64,000 bases of DNA from Octopus sinensis (GCF_006345805.1 NC_043016.1:23498001-23562000), one strand, 5' to 3'. Positions 1 through 12,974 are shown, counted from the first letter of the stretch. Numbers and translations are program-made. Notes: generated by a model from the sequence alone, not told the origin.

Positions 1-28
1 GTTCTTAACTAAAAGTTTGGTACTTGTA

Positions 29-420
29 GGCACAGGAGTAACTGTGTGGTAAGTAGCTTGCTTACCAACCACATGGTTCCAGGTTCAGTCCCACTGCATG
101 GCACCTTGGGCAAGTGTCTTCTACTATGGCCTTGGGCTGACCAAAGCCTTGTGAGTGGATTCGGTAGATGGAAACTGAAAAAGCCTGTCATATATATATG
201 TATATATATGTGTGTGTGTCTGTGTTTGTACCCCCACCATCACTTGACAACCGATGCTGGTGTGTTTATGTCCCCATAACTTAGCGGTTTGGCAAAAGAG
301 ACCAATAGAATAAGTACTAGGCTTATAAAGAATAAGTCCTGTGGGTGATTTGCTCGACTAAAGGCGGTGCTCCAGCATGGCCACAGTCAAATGACTGAAA
401 CAAGTAAAAGAAAAAGAATA
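29..420 (+). mobile_element. tRNA-derived SINE, 'family A' (my label): head + internal (TA/TG)n + conserved tail
   Basis: Pol III-like head (..ctgtgtggtaag..ggttcagtcccactg), then gggcaagtgtcttctactat..ggaaactgaaa, a microsatellite, and the tail ..gctccagcatggccacagtcaaatgactgaaacaagtaaaag. The same sequence recurs more than 10 times in the window. Confidence 0.9.
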
Positions 421-499
421 GTCAAAATGCATAAAATTGTGCAATTTCCAATATATTTCCTCACAATAGCCTACATTTCATGCGATATGTAGAAGAGTG

Positions 500-1790
500 G
501 ATGGGCACTAGATCTGACTTCGTTGAAAGCTTTAGGCTAATCTAAACTGACCAGACCCCACCAAAATTGACCATTCTTGGATCCTGACCCAAGCAAAGTT
601 GATTTTGTTCCCATCTTCAGAGTTTGGATCACTACAATACCGATTACCCTATCAGGCCCATTTAACATTGTATGTTCAGTCTGCAAGAGGTTTCCCTACC
701 TCACCTTCTGTATGTTTTGGCACTCAAGTTATTGCTGTAGAAATTAGAGGTATTGAGAAGTACTCACTGAAAGTGGGGCACAGAAGAGATTTATCTGCAT
801 ACATGGACAACACAACTGTCATAATCTATATATATAAAGCTAAAGTTGTCTGTGTATGGCAGGTTTGATAGCTTTCAACTAACACTATCTCCTCCAAGAC
901 CCTGCAGCGCAAGTTGACCAAAATTGAGAGTATGATAGAAGAAGGCTTGCTCTTCCTTCCGTAGAAGAAAAAATTCAAATCGGACCATGATAAGTGGAGT
1001 GGCCAGTCTTGCTCAGAAATGAGCTGAGATGAATTTTTCGCATGGGACGTCAAGCGAAAGTGGCTAACATTTTTATGATCTCTTCTACATAGCCATTGTT
1101 TTCTATTTTTGATAGCATTTGCTCTGTTTAGAATATATACACTTTCACATTTTGTGGTTGGAACAAGTTCTATTGGTCAAGAGGTCCATCTACAACTGAT
1201 AACCATTCTTAACTGCAGTTCTCAGTCAAGTACAGACTGAGTTTGGAAATCTGGCATTTGAAATGGCACCAGACTCTTAGTTTTCCAACTGGACAGTATG
1301 GTTGATGGAGTGTCAGTCTTCATATTCTGTAGATTTGTGAATGGTGAGAACACTAATGACCTAGGAATTGTTTAGGCTTTGATGAGGGCAGTCTGGATTG
1401 TCAGTTCTCAATGACTTTCGGGTCAAATATTATGGACAGTTTGCAAAGTTCCTTTGTAGCACTGCTACGTCAGAAACTTTTGCTAATTGAAGATAAATTC
1501 TACAGACATGGCCATACAAGAGCCACCTGTTTTCACTTGTTTAGTGTTTGTTCAGTTTGTGGGTTTATGTCTAGCAGCTGTTATCACATGCAAGATGGAT
1601 TTATCTAACCACTGAGTTTATCAGGAAAATCAGCCAACCACTTTATTTTTGCAAGGAATAGCAAAAAGTGTTCCTCATCAACTTTTTCAATTATTATTTG
1701 AAAGGGAAGGAATGGTGGAGATGCTTCCCTCTGAGAAAATATGAAAAGTGGGTGATATTGTCAAGGCTAATCAGCTCTACTGCAACTATG
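500..1790 (+). mobile_element. Decayed L1/Tx1-clade LINE remnant (RT core piece + C-terminal region), interrupted at 825
   Basis: Translations resemble Tx1-type motifs. VQSARGFPTSPSVCFGTQ..DLSAYMDNTTVI resembles SVRQGCPLSP..SAYADDVTV. MTFGSNIMDSLQSSFVALLRQKLLLIEDKFYRHG resembles the pre-zinc-finger region. Many stops and frameshifts. Confidence 0.6.
825..1135 (+). mobile_element. Helitron-like non-autonomous 5' fragment
   Basis: Starts a|TCTATATATATAAAGC.., a typical Helitron/HINE 5' end, exactly where the Tx1 RT frame breaks. No clear 3' CTAG end. Confidence 0.5.
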
Positions 1791-2759
1791 CTGCTGTAGG
1801 TAAGCAGCATGAACTGGGAGACATAACTTGTCTTTGGTATGTCAAGATAATCCAGAGTATGTTTATGGGGTTCCCACAATCATACTATGTAGTTACCTCC
1901 AATCCCCATTTGGGGTTTCCTTTCATTTTGTTTTATATTGTTATTGCTATGTATTATTTAGGTTTAGGCATTCCTGTGTGTTTAAGACATCCACTTGCCA
2001 AAAAGGTTTTACATTCACTCAGTGTGAGGCATCTTGAGCAAGTGTTGCTACTATAGGTTCAGCAACTGAAACCTTTTGGCTAGATTTGATATGTAGAAAC
2101 TGAAAGAAGCCTTCCTCTGTGTGTAAACTTTCAGGAGAATGTGAAATATTCATTTTTTTGTTAAAATAGATCTTGAAGTACATAAAACTATAAAATAATC
2201 GTGTGTAAATATTGGGCTGAAAACTCTTTTGAATAGAGTGAATCGAAGGCAGCCTTCAATTTTGTCTATCCAAAAGGGTTTTTAACCCAATATTTACATA
2301 TAATTACTTACAGCTTTATGCGATGTATCTCAAGAAACACTGTTCCAAAAGCAGAATTGTGTGTGTGTGTGTGTGTTTTATTTTGTTTGCTGTATATATT
2401 AATGAAATGTTAACTAGAAGCATGTTAGTGTGATAAAATACATGAACAAAATTAAGCTTGAGTTTAAAAGATTGGGCTCTATACACTATAGATTTTTCTT
2501 GCAATCTGATCTAAATATGCTGTAGGAACGGAATACTAACTGACAATTCAAGGTGACTGTAGACAAGTAAAAACCTGGAATTTACTTAATTCCTGCACAA
2601 CACCAATCTTAAAATATTTGTTGGTGGACATGACTTAATTATTGTCAGCAGTCATCAGCAGTGGCCAAACCACATTTGTAAAAAGATTCATCAAAAAGAC
2701 CAAAAAATGTCTTAGTATTGTACCTGTTTTATTTTCTGACTAGCCTTATCCAGCTTTTC

Positions 2760-2912
2760 ACACTTACCTACAATATGATTCTGAAAATAAACAATCACGT
2801 CATTGAAACCTCAAAGCTGTGACTCTGTCAAATGTAATGCTTATTTATTCACTTTGATTTGTATTGGTCAAGCATTATCTTACATTAAGTAATCTGAATA
2901 TTAAAACGTTAA
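2760..2912 (+). mobile_element. Partial copy of the piggyBac-type TTAA MITE with an internal inversion
   Basis: Flanks match the MITEs at 28968 and 59319, but 2823-2881 is the reverse complement of the corresponding segment. Confidence 0.7.
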
Positions 2913-2938
2913 AGTTATATATGGCTGTGGTATATCCA

Positions 2939-3217
2939 CACCTTTATGTGGACTGGCGTAGGTGCTTTCTTACATGTTCTGTCATGGGTGCTTTCTTACG
3001 TGGATAAGCAGGAGTGTTTTCTTACGTAGACTGGTAGGAGTACTTTCTTATGTGGTCCAGCAGGGGTGCTTTTACCTGGTCCGGCACGGATGCCTTTCTA
3101 AGTGGGTTGCTATGGATGCCTTCCAATGTGGACCAGTACGGGTGCCTTTCAATGTGGACTGGTACAGGTGCCTTTCTACATGGACTGGTACAGGTGCCTT
3201 TCAGTGTGGACTGGCAC
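2939..3217. repeat. 26-bp minisatellite, ~11 diverged units
   Basis: Unit starts at 2962, 2988, 3014, 3040, 3066, 3090, 3116, 3142, 3168, 3194; consensus approximately gtgcctttctacgtggactggcacag. Confidence 0.9.
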
Positions 3218-3874
3218 ACACACACACATTAATTTATATAATTTCAAATAAATTCTTGGGTTTTCTCCCTTACTTTTCTTGACAAGAACTAAGATAATGA
3301 TACTTTTCTTCTTTTCACCACTAATGTAATTTCAATTGTTTTTTTTTTCTTTAACTCACTTCATTTTATATATTAGCACTGACTTTACCATGTTGTTTTC
3401 ATGTAAATCATGTCTCTGGGTATATTTTCTCCCTTCTAGTTTTTTAGTATAAGAACATTGCAGCTACTTCTGTTGCTCTGATTTTTGTTGCTGCTGTTGG
3501 TGCTAATGCTACTAGTATTGCTGCTGCTAACTAACATTAAGGTCATTTGTGAGGATCACACTTTGCAGAGATAAGTCAATAAGTCGTTAGTTAAGCAGTG
3601 AGAAACACGAAAATAGAAAAATAATTTGAAAGAGAACAAAAGGAAGGAGAAAAAGAAACAAATAAAATAGAAAAACAAAAAGTTTCCAAGCTGCTTTTGT
3701 TTCTTTCAAACTAGCAAGACTTGGAATGAGTCAGGACAGAGAAAGGTTAAGAAGAGGAAGAGGAAGGGGAAAAAAAAATAACCTGGTAAATAAAAGTATT
3801 TTGTGAAGTGTTGCCAACTTTATCCCAATACTACCAACATTGGCAAGTAATTAGAATCCTAAATGGGGTGGACA

Positions 3875-4240
3875 ATCTACTCTCTCCTATCTGTGATTTC
3901 TTTCTTCATCTTCTTCCCCTTACTCTCCTCCTTCACTCTCCCTCCCCACATTCTCCTCCTTCACTCTCCCTCTCTTCCCTATCGCTCCCTTTCCCTATCG
4001 CTTCCCTCCCTATCGCTCCTCTTACTTTTCTCTTTCTCTCCCTTTTGCTCTCCCTTTCTCCCCCTCTCTCTCCCTCCAGACCCCCTTCCCCCTACCCAAT
4101 TCTCTCCCCTCTCTCTCTATCTCTCTTTTGCTCTCTCTCCCCAGCTCCTTCCTCTATTTCTCTCCCTCTCTCTCTCTCTCCCTCCCATCCACCCACCCTT
4201 CTTTCTCTTGCCTTCCCTTTCCCTCTTTTCTTTTTTTTTT
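3875..4240. repeat. Long CT-rich polypyrimidine low-complexity tract
   Basis: About 360 bp almost entirely C/T on the + strand. Confidence 0.9.
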
Positions 4241-6172
4241 ATTAAAGTAAATTAGTCTCTTTTTATTGATAATTTCACAGCATTTAAATCAAGAAGTGGA
4301 AATCAAGACTTGTTTGTTCTACATTTGGTGCTGTACAAAAAAAAAAAAAGAAAAAAATTAAAAAAAAATTTAATAAATCAAGACATAATAAATGAGAATA
4401 AACAAATAAATAAATAGATAAACAAAATAGATAAAAAGAAACAGTCCGGGTATCATTACTATCACCATAAAGAAAGTTAGCTGGTAACAGAATAAATTTG
4501 TGAGGTGGTCCAGTAATTCTAAGGTAGGAATTCATGCCACAGAAAGACAGTTTTAATGTGCAAATTATTTGGTTAGAAAATTACAGCTTTGGTAAAAAAA
4601 AAAAAGGAAAAGAAAAAACCCCCAACTTCTTGCACTAAAGCTAGAAACGGAATTAAGAAATGACTCAACAAGTACTATCAACTAGTATACAACACAGGTA
4701 GGCTCTTGAAGCTTCCATGCTAATAAAGACATTTTAAAGACAAGAACGGTTAAGAACTGCTAAGCAAGCATCATCTACCTGTACAACTATTAAATGAATT
4801 AGACATCAGGTGCATTGTTTTGCTTGCTTTCACGAGTATGGGTCGTTAGTAGTTAGCTTGTGGTGTGGGTAGGTGTACTGGTTGTGGTGGTGGTGGCAGT
4901 AGTGACTGATGTGTTGTTATTGGTCGTTATTTGCGGTGACTGTTGTTTGTGGTGGTGGTGGAGGCAGTGATGTGATTGTGTTATTTTTTATCTTTTACTC
5001 ACAAAAGCAGGCAATGCTCACAACCTGTTACAGGGCCACCAAGACAAAAGGCAGGGAGGGAGGGAGGAAGATGTTCTCAAATCAGAAATCTGGCACGAAT
5101 GCAAGCAGCAAAGTGAACTCTGCTAGATGCATCCAAGGTGGTATACGATGATGTTAAAACAGGTGACAAGTCATGTCTACCATCTATGTCATGGCGGGAT
5201 TTAAACTAAAGAATGCACTGAGTTGGAATAAATACTATAAGGTAGCCAATCTGATGTTCTTGAATTGTTGCTTGTTTTATCCCTTAAGGGATGAAAGGCG
5301 AAGCTAACTTCAGTAGGATTCAAAGTCAGAAAAAAAACAATGAATCTGTAGAGAATCAGGTTAGAACAAATACAGTGACACATTCTATGTTCTAAAAATT
5401 CATTGGTTTAATTGTAGTTATGTTGTTGCTGTTCATGGTGGTAGCATGAACAGCCGTGAAGGTTGCAATGGTGCAGGCACAGTGTGGTAGTTGTGAGGGC
5501 GGTATTAGTGGTAAGCATTTGTTACCTCTTTAAACAAAACAGTTTAAATGAACTTTCCAAATATCAGGAACTCCCAACACATATTTCCACATGCATTTAC
5601 TCAAACAAAACCCTATATTCATATCAAGTTTTGTTAGTATTATTTTTTTCACACAGACACACATATATATTTATGTCTTCAAAATGAAATGGAAATCTTA
5701 TTCATGAAGCAAGAGTCGAAGAAACAAATTTTGTGAAAAGATGTCTTGGAAATGAAATGCAAATTTTTTTGATGAAGCAGAGGTCAAAGGAACAAATTTG
5801 GTTCCCAGATTTTGTTAATCTGACCGTGAACAAAACCCCACCCCTCTCCATATTACAACAGCTATCTTGTACAAATCAAAACAGGAGCCTTAATCGGATG
5901 GTAAGAGCAGAAAAATCTCCCCTTCTCCCTCCAATTAATACTCCATCTTAAAAAAAAAAAAACCCAAAGGATACATTGCACAACATGGTCTTAGGAATAC
6001 AAAATGATGGGATGATCATAGCTGGAATGCCATTGGTTATTACTCTTCTGAATTGGGGTTGTATGTATGCATGTATGCATGTACGTATGTATGTATGTAT
6101 GTATGTGTGTATGTATGTGTGTGTATATGTGTGTCTGTGTGTATTAATATATTAATATATTATATTAAATTA

Positions 6173-6217
<45 letters not shown>

Positions 6218-6500
6218 GTTTGTATTATGATTATAAGCATTTCTAATAATGCAAGCATTAATGCTACATATTTACTGAATGTGTTTTGCTTATGCACTCC
6301 TTAGCCATGGGATAGAGCCAGAGGAAATGTTTCTATTAAGACAATGAGTGTTGAAAAACATTAGAACCACTTAGAATTCATACTATAATTTTCTTTTCCC
6401 TGTGCAGCGCTACTGCACATCAGCAAATAGATTCTACACTATTTGCTTATATGCCACAAACCAGAGATCAAAATTTGTTCCAAAGTGACTCAAGTATATA

Positions 6501-6542
6501 GTGCTGAAGAGCTGCAAAATACAGTGAAATATCAATATTCAC
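6501..6542 (+). ncRNA. Candidate minimal type-I hammerhead ribozyme motif
   Basis: GUG-CUGAAGA-GCUG-caaaaua-CAGU-GAAA-UAU-ca-AUA-UU-CAC. Stem I 3 bp; stem II 4 bp with a G-U closing pair; near-palindromic stem III; AUU triplet. Confidence 0.45.
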
Positions 6543-7000
6543 CAATCTCAATCATTTACAAAGCATGCTGTCTCACTTAGTTTGAAGTATTCAGTGTTTT
6601 TTAATACTTGGCACCTTAAAGGGACAATTCCCTCAGAGGTATCTCATGGCTAACGGGCATATAAACAAAACACAAAGTATGTGGTATTGATAATATATAT
6701 ATAAAATAAAATGATATTTTGTTGAAACGAGGCAAGAAATTTCTTGGAAGAAGGGAAACATTCTATTATACCAATTGGAATATTTTACTCGTTCTTCAAT
6801 TTACTGACTATGACCTAAGTTCAAGCTCTACTGAAGTCAACTTTTCATAAGGGGTTGTAACTAAATGCTGCAAAATATTTTTGTCTGAGGTTCTAATGCT
6901 TCTGCCCATCCACCACATTCCCTCTACCCACTCCCATTTATCATCAGTTGTATAAGTGACATGCAGGCATGTACATATACATACATATAAACATTATACT

Positions 7001-7024
<24 letters not shown>

Positions 7025-7033
<9 letters not shown>

Positions 7034-7406
7034 AAATCCGTTCTGTCTGTCTGTGTGTGTGTCTTCTAGGATCTCGGGCATCCGCCATTCGATTACACTC
7101 AAATTTGATATGTAGATACTGATGGTATCAGGGCATGTATAAGTCTTGAAAAAATTACAAAAATCGATTCCAGGTGAAAATGCGATTGATAAAGCCATGG
7201 GAATGTGCATTTGTAAAATCGTATTTCTTGGAATAGAAAAAAAGTCTATCTTTATTTCTTCTTTTGCTGGTGTCTCAAATTTATGTTAAATCAGTGTTTC
7301 TCAAAGGGGAGGCCTATGGGACAGTCGGACAAGTTGTTTTGAGAAAATTTGGTTTAAATGTTTGACAACTTAGCACCATCCATTGGACAGGGGACGTTTT
7401 GCTAGT
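7025..7406 (+). mobile_element. Helitron-like non-autonomous element
   Basis: 5' tatataaaatccgttctgtctgtctgt (GTCT microsatellite after an AT-rich start) and 3' end ..gacgttttgCTAG|t. Confidence 0.55.
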
Positions 7407-7433
7407 ATATATATATACATACATACATACATT

Positions 7434-7476
<43 letters not shown>

Positions 7477-8814
7477 CTATCTGATATATATATATATATA
7501 TGTACACATATATGAGATAAATATGATATATATATTTAGCAAGTAATATATGTATATATGAAAATATATCATGGATGTATTTTATCTATATATGTGTGTG
7601 CATGTATCAATATGGACATTTGCACAATAAGTCTTCCTGTTCAAAATTAACATCAATGTATGGTAATAAGAAAGTAAGTTCCAGTTATAGCCTTACACAC
7701 TTCCTTTTCCTTTCTTTTCTTTTTTTTTCTTTTCTTTTTTTTTTGTCATTTCCAAAACGAGTTCCACATTTAATGAACCTTTCCTTAAAATGTGATTTGA
7801 ACTGATACAGATATATCAATACCATATATCAGTTGTAGATTATGCTTGCATGTTCCTCTCTATAAATCAATAACTTACTGTAATATATATATATATATAT
7901 ATGGATAGACACACACACATACATATATATGTGGGTAGGTAGATAGATATCAAATATGAAAAATATGTACCAGAATACTGAGGCATGTACATGGTTTTAG
8001 CTGGAATATTCAATACACCAGATCAAATGGGTATATTCTATACAATTAATTACATTTCCTACTCCCATCTCCTTTCGCATAAATGCAGATATCTACTACC
8101 TAACCCATATGTACACATATGTGAATGTGTGTGTGTGTGAGAGAGTGATAAGCAATAGTTGCAAATGAGTGTGATCATACAAGTATTGTCATTAATTTTC
8201 AATACTTGGAAACTGACGATGAAAGTTAGCAATATGAAGGGCATCCAGTCATAGAAAATTTGCCTCTGTGAATTCTGTTGGATGCATGTATTTATGGAAA
8301 ATTGGAAGTTGAAATGAGGTGTGTATGGTATGCATGTAAATTTATTTGTTTCTTTTCTTACTTACTTCCTTCAGTCCAATGACTATTTGTTTTTTCTATT
8401 GTTTTTTGTTGCAGAGAAGGAAAGAAGCAAGAGAAGAAGAGAAATAAAATAAGAAAACAGAAGTGGATCATAGCTAAAGTTAAGTTAATCCATTGGTGAT
8501 CAATGAAGACAATTACTTTGGCCAGACAGTTCTTCAACTGAGGATGCATCCATGCAGGGAGCAGGAGAATGAAAGATCCACTGTCTGTGGCTCCATGAAA
8601 TTTCAGTCATTAAATCAATGATGATCATGATTGGCTACATGAATGATACTGAATGATACAAAGTCACTCATCAACATACTCCAAAACTCTGACCCATGGT
8701 TATTCCGTTTTCTCTACTTTGTACTTCTTACGCTACTATGACGATGGCTTCTACACCTTAGAGTTAGCTTGTCTCCTACCACCTTTTACTTCTCTTCCCT
8801 CTTTTCCTCATCCA

Positions 8815-9185
8815 TATCATGTCTAGGTGCTGTCATGGTTGTGTGGTTAAGAAACTCACTTTTCAACCATGTGGTTTCAGGTTCAGCCCCACTCTATACC
8901 ACTTTGGGAAAATGTTTGCTTCTAATAGCTCTGGACCAACTAATATCTTTTGAGTGAATTTGGTGGATATAAACTATGAGGAATCCTCTCTGTGTGTGTT
9001 TATATTTGTCCTCCACCATTGTTTGACAACTGCCATCGATTTATTCACATCCCCATAACTTAATGGACCGGCTAAAGAGACCAAATAGAATAAGCACCAG
9101 ATTTAATAAAAATAACTAAAACCCTTCAAGGCTGTAACCCAGCATAGTCACAGTCCTGAGATTGTAACAAGTAAAATATAAAAGA
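8815..9185 (+). mobile_element. Degenerate SINE family A
   Basis: Head, body and tail are homologous to 29-420. Confidence 0.8.
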
Positions 9186-9344
9186 TGCAAGGCACTGTAC
9201 TACACCACATTATTCCTCCCAAGAATATTTCCATCTGGAATCTTTTTCTTCAAAGAGGAATGGTAAGCATGTCAGTTTTGTCAGTCTCACCAGTTTTGGC
9301 AGGTCTTTGAAGACTGTGGTCAGAGTCCCTTCCTTCATGTCAAT

Positions 9345-9433
9345 CATCATCATCGTTTAACGTCCGTTTTCCATGCTAGCATGGGTTGGACGGTTCAACC
9401 GGGGTCTGGGAAGCCAGGAGGCTGCACCAGGCT
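9345..9433 (-). mobile_element. 5'-truncated RTE 3' tail (young-looking)
   Basis: Reverse complement of the ..cccatgctagcatggaaaacggacgttaaacgatgatgat end also seen at ~23320, ~27840 and ~53350. Confidence 0.85.
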
Positions 9434-10523
9434 CAAAATATAAAAAACAAAATCATAAGCATTATAATTACCACAGACCCCGTTCAGTCATGTTTGACCA
9501 TGGGATTGCACTCATTTTCATCATTACTATCCATTTAATCAGTACCATCATTCATCATTGTCATTGTTGCTTCAACACGGAGGTTTCTGAGTGGTCATTC
9601 AACCTATGAGAAATAGTAACTCAATCTCCTTCAAAATCCTATCTTACCATCTTCAAAAACTAAGTACAGATTTTAGTCTTAGATGTACTGTCTAAATAAG
9701 TCAAGATGGCTATGATTGGAACAACCTCTCATCAAAAGGGTAAATAACTAATTATTAATGATCAGAAGACATGACTAATAATGATTAATGATTGGTGATG
9801 GATGGTAGGGTGTAATTTGCAGATTATGGTTGTTATTTCCCTGTGAGGTCATGTGACCTCAGAGGCCCACTCATTGGTTTGTCTCCCTCTGTTTCACTGT
9901 AATGTAACTCTCTGCTATTGCTGTAGAGTTTGAGAAATATTTTCACTGCTGGTCATAATGCGGAGAGTGGAGGGGGAAATGAATCAATTTTTTTTTTACC
10001 TTATTTTTATACTTTTTTTTTTTTATTTCTTCCTTTCCTTGAGCCAGATATTATTTATTGATTCTCTTTTCATATTTGGTTTCTTTACCAACATTCCAAA
10101 CTCTCAAAGTTTTATCATTAATTCTTCTCATTCTTCAGTTTTTTTTTGTTGTTTTCTTTATTTCTGCATTATGACCCTCAGACTCTCATATGTTCCCCTC
10201 TTCCTACAACCTCCACCACTTAAAGATTAGTTCCCCTACAGCACTGAACTTGTAAACTACAAGAGACTAAATATTTCAGCAAAAATTTGTTTATTATATA
10301 TCTATCTGTATAGAAATAGTGTATTTAATATGTGCTGGCATATTTGTGTAGGTAAGATGTTTACTTTGCAACCATGTAGTCTCGTGTTCAATCTCAGCGT
10401 GTTATACCTTGGGCAAATGCCTTTTACAATAAATGCCCTTCAATTAACTAATACTTTGAGTGGAGTTTGGTAGATAGAAAAAATAACTGTGGAAGCTCTT
10501 CATTTGTATGAATATGTGTGTGA

Positions 10524-10847
10524 GGGCACGTGGCTCAGTGGTTAAAGCATTGGGCTTCCAATCATGAGGTTGTGAGTTCAATTCCTGGACCGGGCTGCAT
10601 GTTATGTTCTTGAGCAAGACATTTAATTTCACATTGCTCTAGTTCACTCAGCTGTAGAAACGAGTTGGTATGTCACTGGTGCCAAGCTGTATCAGCCTTT
10701 GCCTTTCCCTTGGATAACATCAGGGATGTGAAGAAGGGATGCATGGGTGGCTGCTGGTCATCCACAAACAACTTTGTCCTGACTGGTGCCTCAGAGGGGA
10801 ACTTTCTAGGTACAATCCCATGATCATATGTGACTGAAGGGGGTCTG
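10524..10847 (+). mobile_element. tRNA-derived SINE, 'family B' (my label)
   Basis: A-box tggctcagtgg, B-box gagttcaattc, then ttgtgttcttgagcaagac..ttcactcagctgtagaaa. A second copy is at 19645-19965. Confidence 0.85.
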
Positions 10848-10952
10848 CACCATATATATATACACACACACACACATGCATGCACACACACACACACACA
10901 CACACACTCTCTCTCTCTCTCTCTCTCTCTCATACATACATACATATATATC

Positions 10953-11171
10953 TATTTCTTTATTGCCCACATGAGGCTAAACATAGAGGGGACAAACAAG
11001 GACAGACAAAGCGATTAAGTAGATTACATCGACCCCAGTGCATAACTGGTACTTATTTAATCAACCCTGAAAGGATGAAAGGCAAAGTCAACCTTGGTGG
11101 AATTTGAACTCAGAACATAACGGCAGCCGAAATACTGGCCAGCATGCTAACAATTCTGCCAGCTCGCTGCC
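10953..11171 (-). mobile_element. SINE 'family C' (my label)
   Basis: Reverse complement of the ggcggcgagctggcagaa..ttctgagttcaaatt..cctttcatcctttc..gtcgatgtaatc element. Confidence 0.85.
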
Positions 11172-11211
<40 letters not shown>

Positions 11212-11751
11212 CATATCATCATCAGTTTAACATTGACTTTTCCGTCTTTTCTTGTTCACATGGAATTAGTTGAAACAGATTTTCTATGGTCCGATGCCCT
11301 TCCTGTTAATCCTTGTCTGTTTCTAAGCCAGGTAATATTTCTCCATGGCTGGATATGTTTGCATTTTACATGGTAGATTAAAAATGAATGATACTGCTTG
11401 TATGATGGGGTCAATCATTTCCATTTATCTCTAGCTGGGAAACAAACTTTTTTACCACACAGCTTTGTGTATATCTTTTTTCTTTTTTTTTACTTGTTTT
11501 AGTCATTGGACTGTGTGTGTATATATATATATATATATAAATAAATGAAAGGAATTTTGCTAACATCTTCGTTTGACTCCACTCTTTTATTTATTCATAT
11601 TTAATACAAATTTCTGCACATGAACCCAGAGTTTCTACCCTTGGACAGGTTGCTTCAACCGTGTTTCTGATGTGAATTTGCTACCCTGATATCGGTTCAT
11701 CGAATTTTCCATGCTGACGGTAAACATAGGATAATTCATTCACCTATCGAA

Positions 11752-11785
<34 letters not shown>

Positions 11786-11796
11786 TCACACACACA

Positions 11797-11861
<65 letters not shown>

Positions 11862-12974
11862 TATATAAGAGGGACACACACTCTTTGATATATATATTGT
11901 ATTTGTAAAATGTGTACAAGCTAGTTTTTTTTTCTTTGCTTGAAAATCCCATCTTTACCAGATTGTCACTTGAATATTTGCTAACAATCAAATGCACCAG
12001 TGGTTACTCTGTTTATAATCCACATTAATTCCAATAGAGGAACTGCATGTTTTAAAATAACTATCCATAAATATTTTACATAAACGATTTTGGAAGAGAT
12101 ATTCACACCTCTAGAGTAATTAACTTCTGCAACTATACATGGTTAATTATGTATGTATAATACAAGCCTACGTGCTTGTCATCAATGTATAACAACAATG
12201 TACACAATAACAAAAAAAATCAATAAATCATTGCACTGAAAAAAAAATTAAAGAAATGCCTTGTGGTATTTTCTCTCTTCAAATTGTGCAGGTGCTCCCT
12301 TTGGCTCACCGTATTCTTGCATTTGAGATGAGTGACAGTGATTGGCCTTTTGGAAAACTGTAACCAATGATGTCATAATTAACAAAATATATAACAAAGC
12401 ATAAAAAAAAAGGTCTCCCCACCAATTTATGAAGTTAAATTACTTGTAAATTTTTACATTGCAAGATATCTCTTCTTGACACATCAACGTAGTATGAAAT
12501 TTAATGATGTTGCTGTGTAGCAAGATGTATACCTGCCACCACAGCATCAAGCAAAATGGGCAAGTGTCTTCTACTATAGCTGCGGGCTGACCAAAGCCTT
12601 GTGTGGGTATTTGGAAGACAGAAACTGAAAGAAGCCCTTCAGATATATTTTTTTAATGTTGGTGTGTCTATGTCCTTGTAACATAATGGTTTGGCAAAAG
12701 ACCCTATAAAATAAGTACTAGGCTTACAAAGAATAAGTTCAATTAAAGGTAGTGCTCCAGCATGGCAGCAGTCAACTGAATGAAACAAGTAAAAGAATAA
12801 AAGAATAAATGCAAGACACTGTGCTCTAGAGAGGACTTGTTCCAACTCATGCAAGCATGGAAAAACAGAAGACATGAAAAGATGATGATGAGTTCTCTTC
12901 TTGCTAAATACAGCAACATGTAATTTGCAGGATGTTTGGCTGCTATTTCTAACTGGTCAGTCAACCATATAGAT

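Noticed and set aside
1280-1375. FQLDSMVDGVSVFIFCRFVNGE, resembling hAT/Buster LQLDES
   Set aside because: Flanking translations on both sides fit an L1/Tx1 remnant, and no other hAT motifs follow.
2939-3217. CRISPR-like regular repeat
   Set aside because: Units are contiguous with no unique spacers, the context is eukaryotic, and there are no cas genes.
11620-11670. Minus-strand UUGAAGC-AACC..GGUA-GAAAC-UCUGG-GUU hammerhead-like string
   Set aside because: Two mismatches in the CUGANGA box and a mismatched closing pair; too degenerate to call, though possibly a dead relative.
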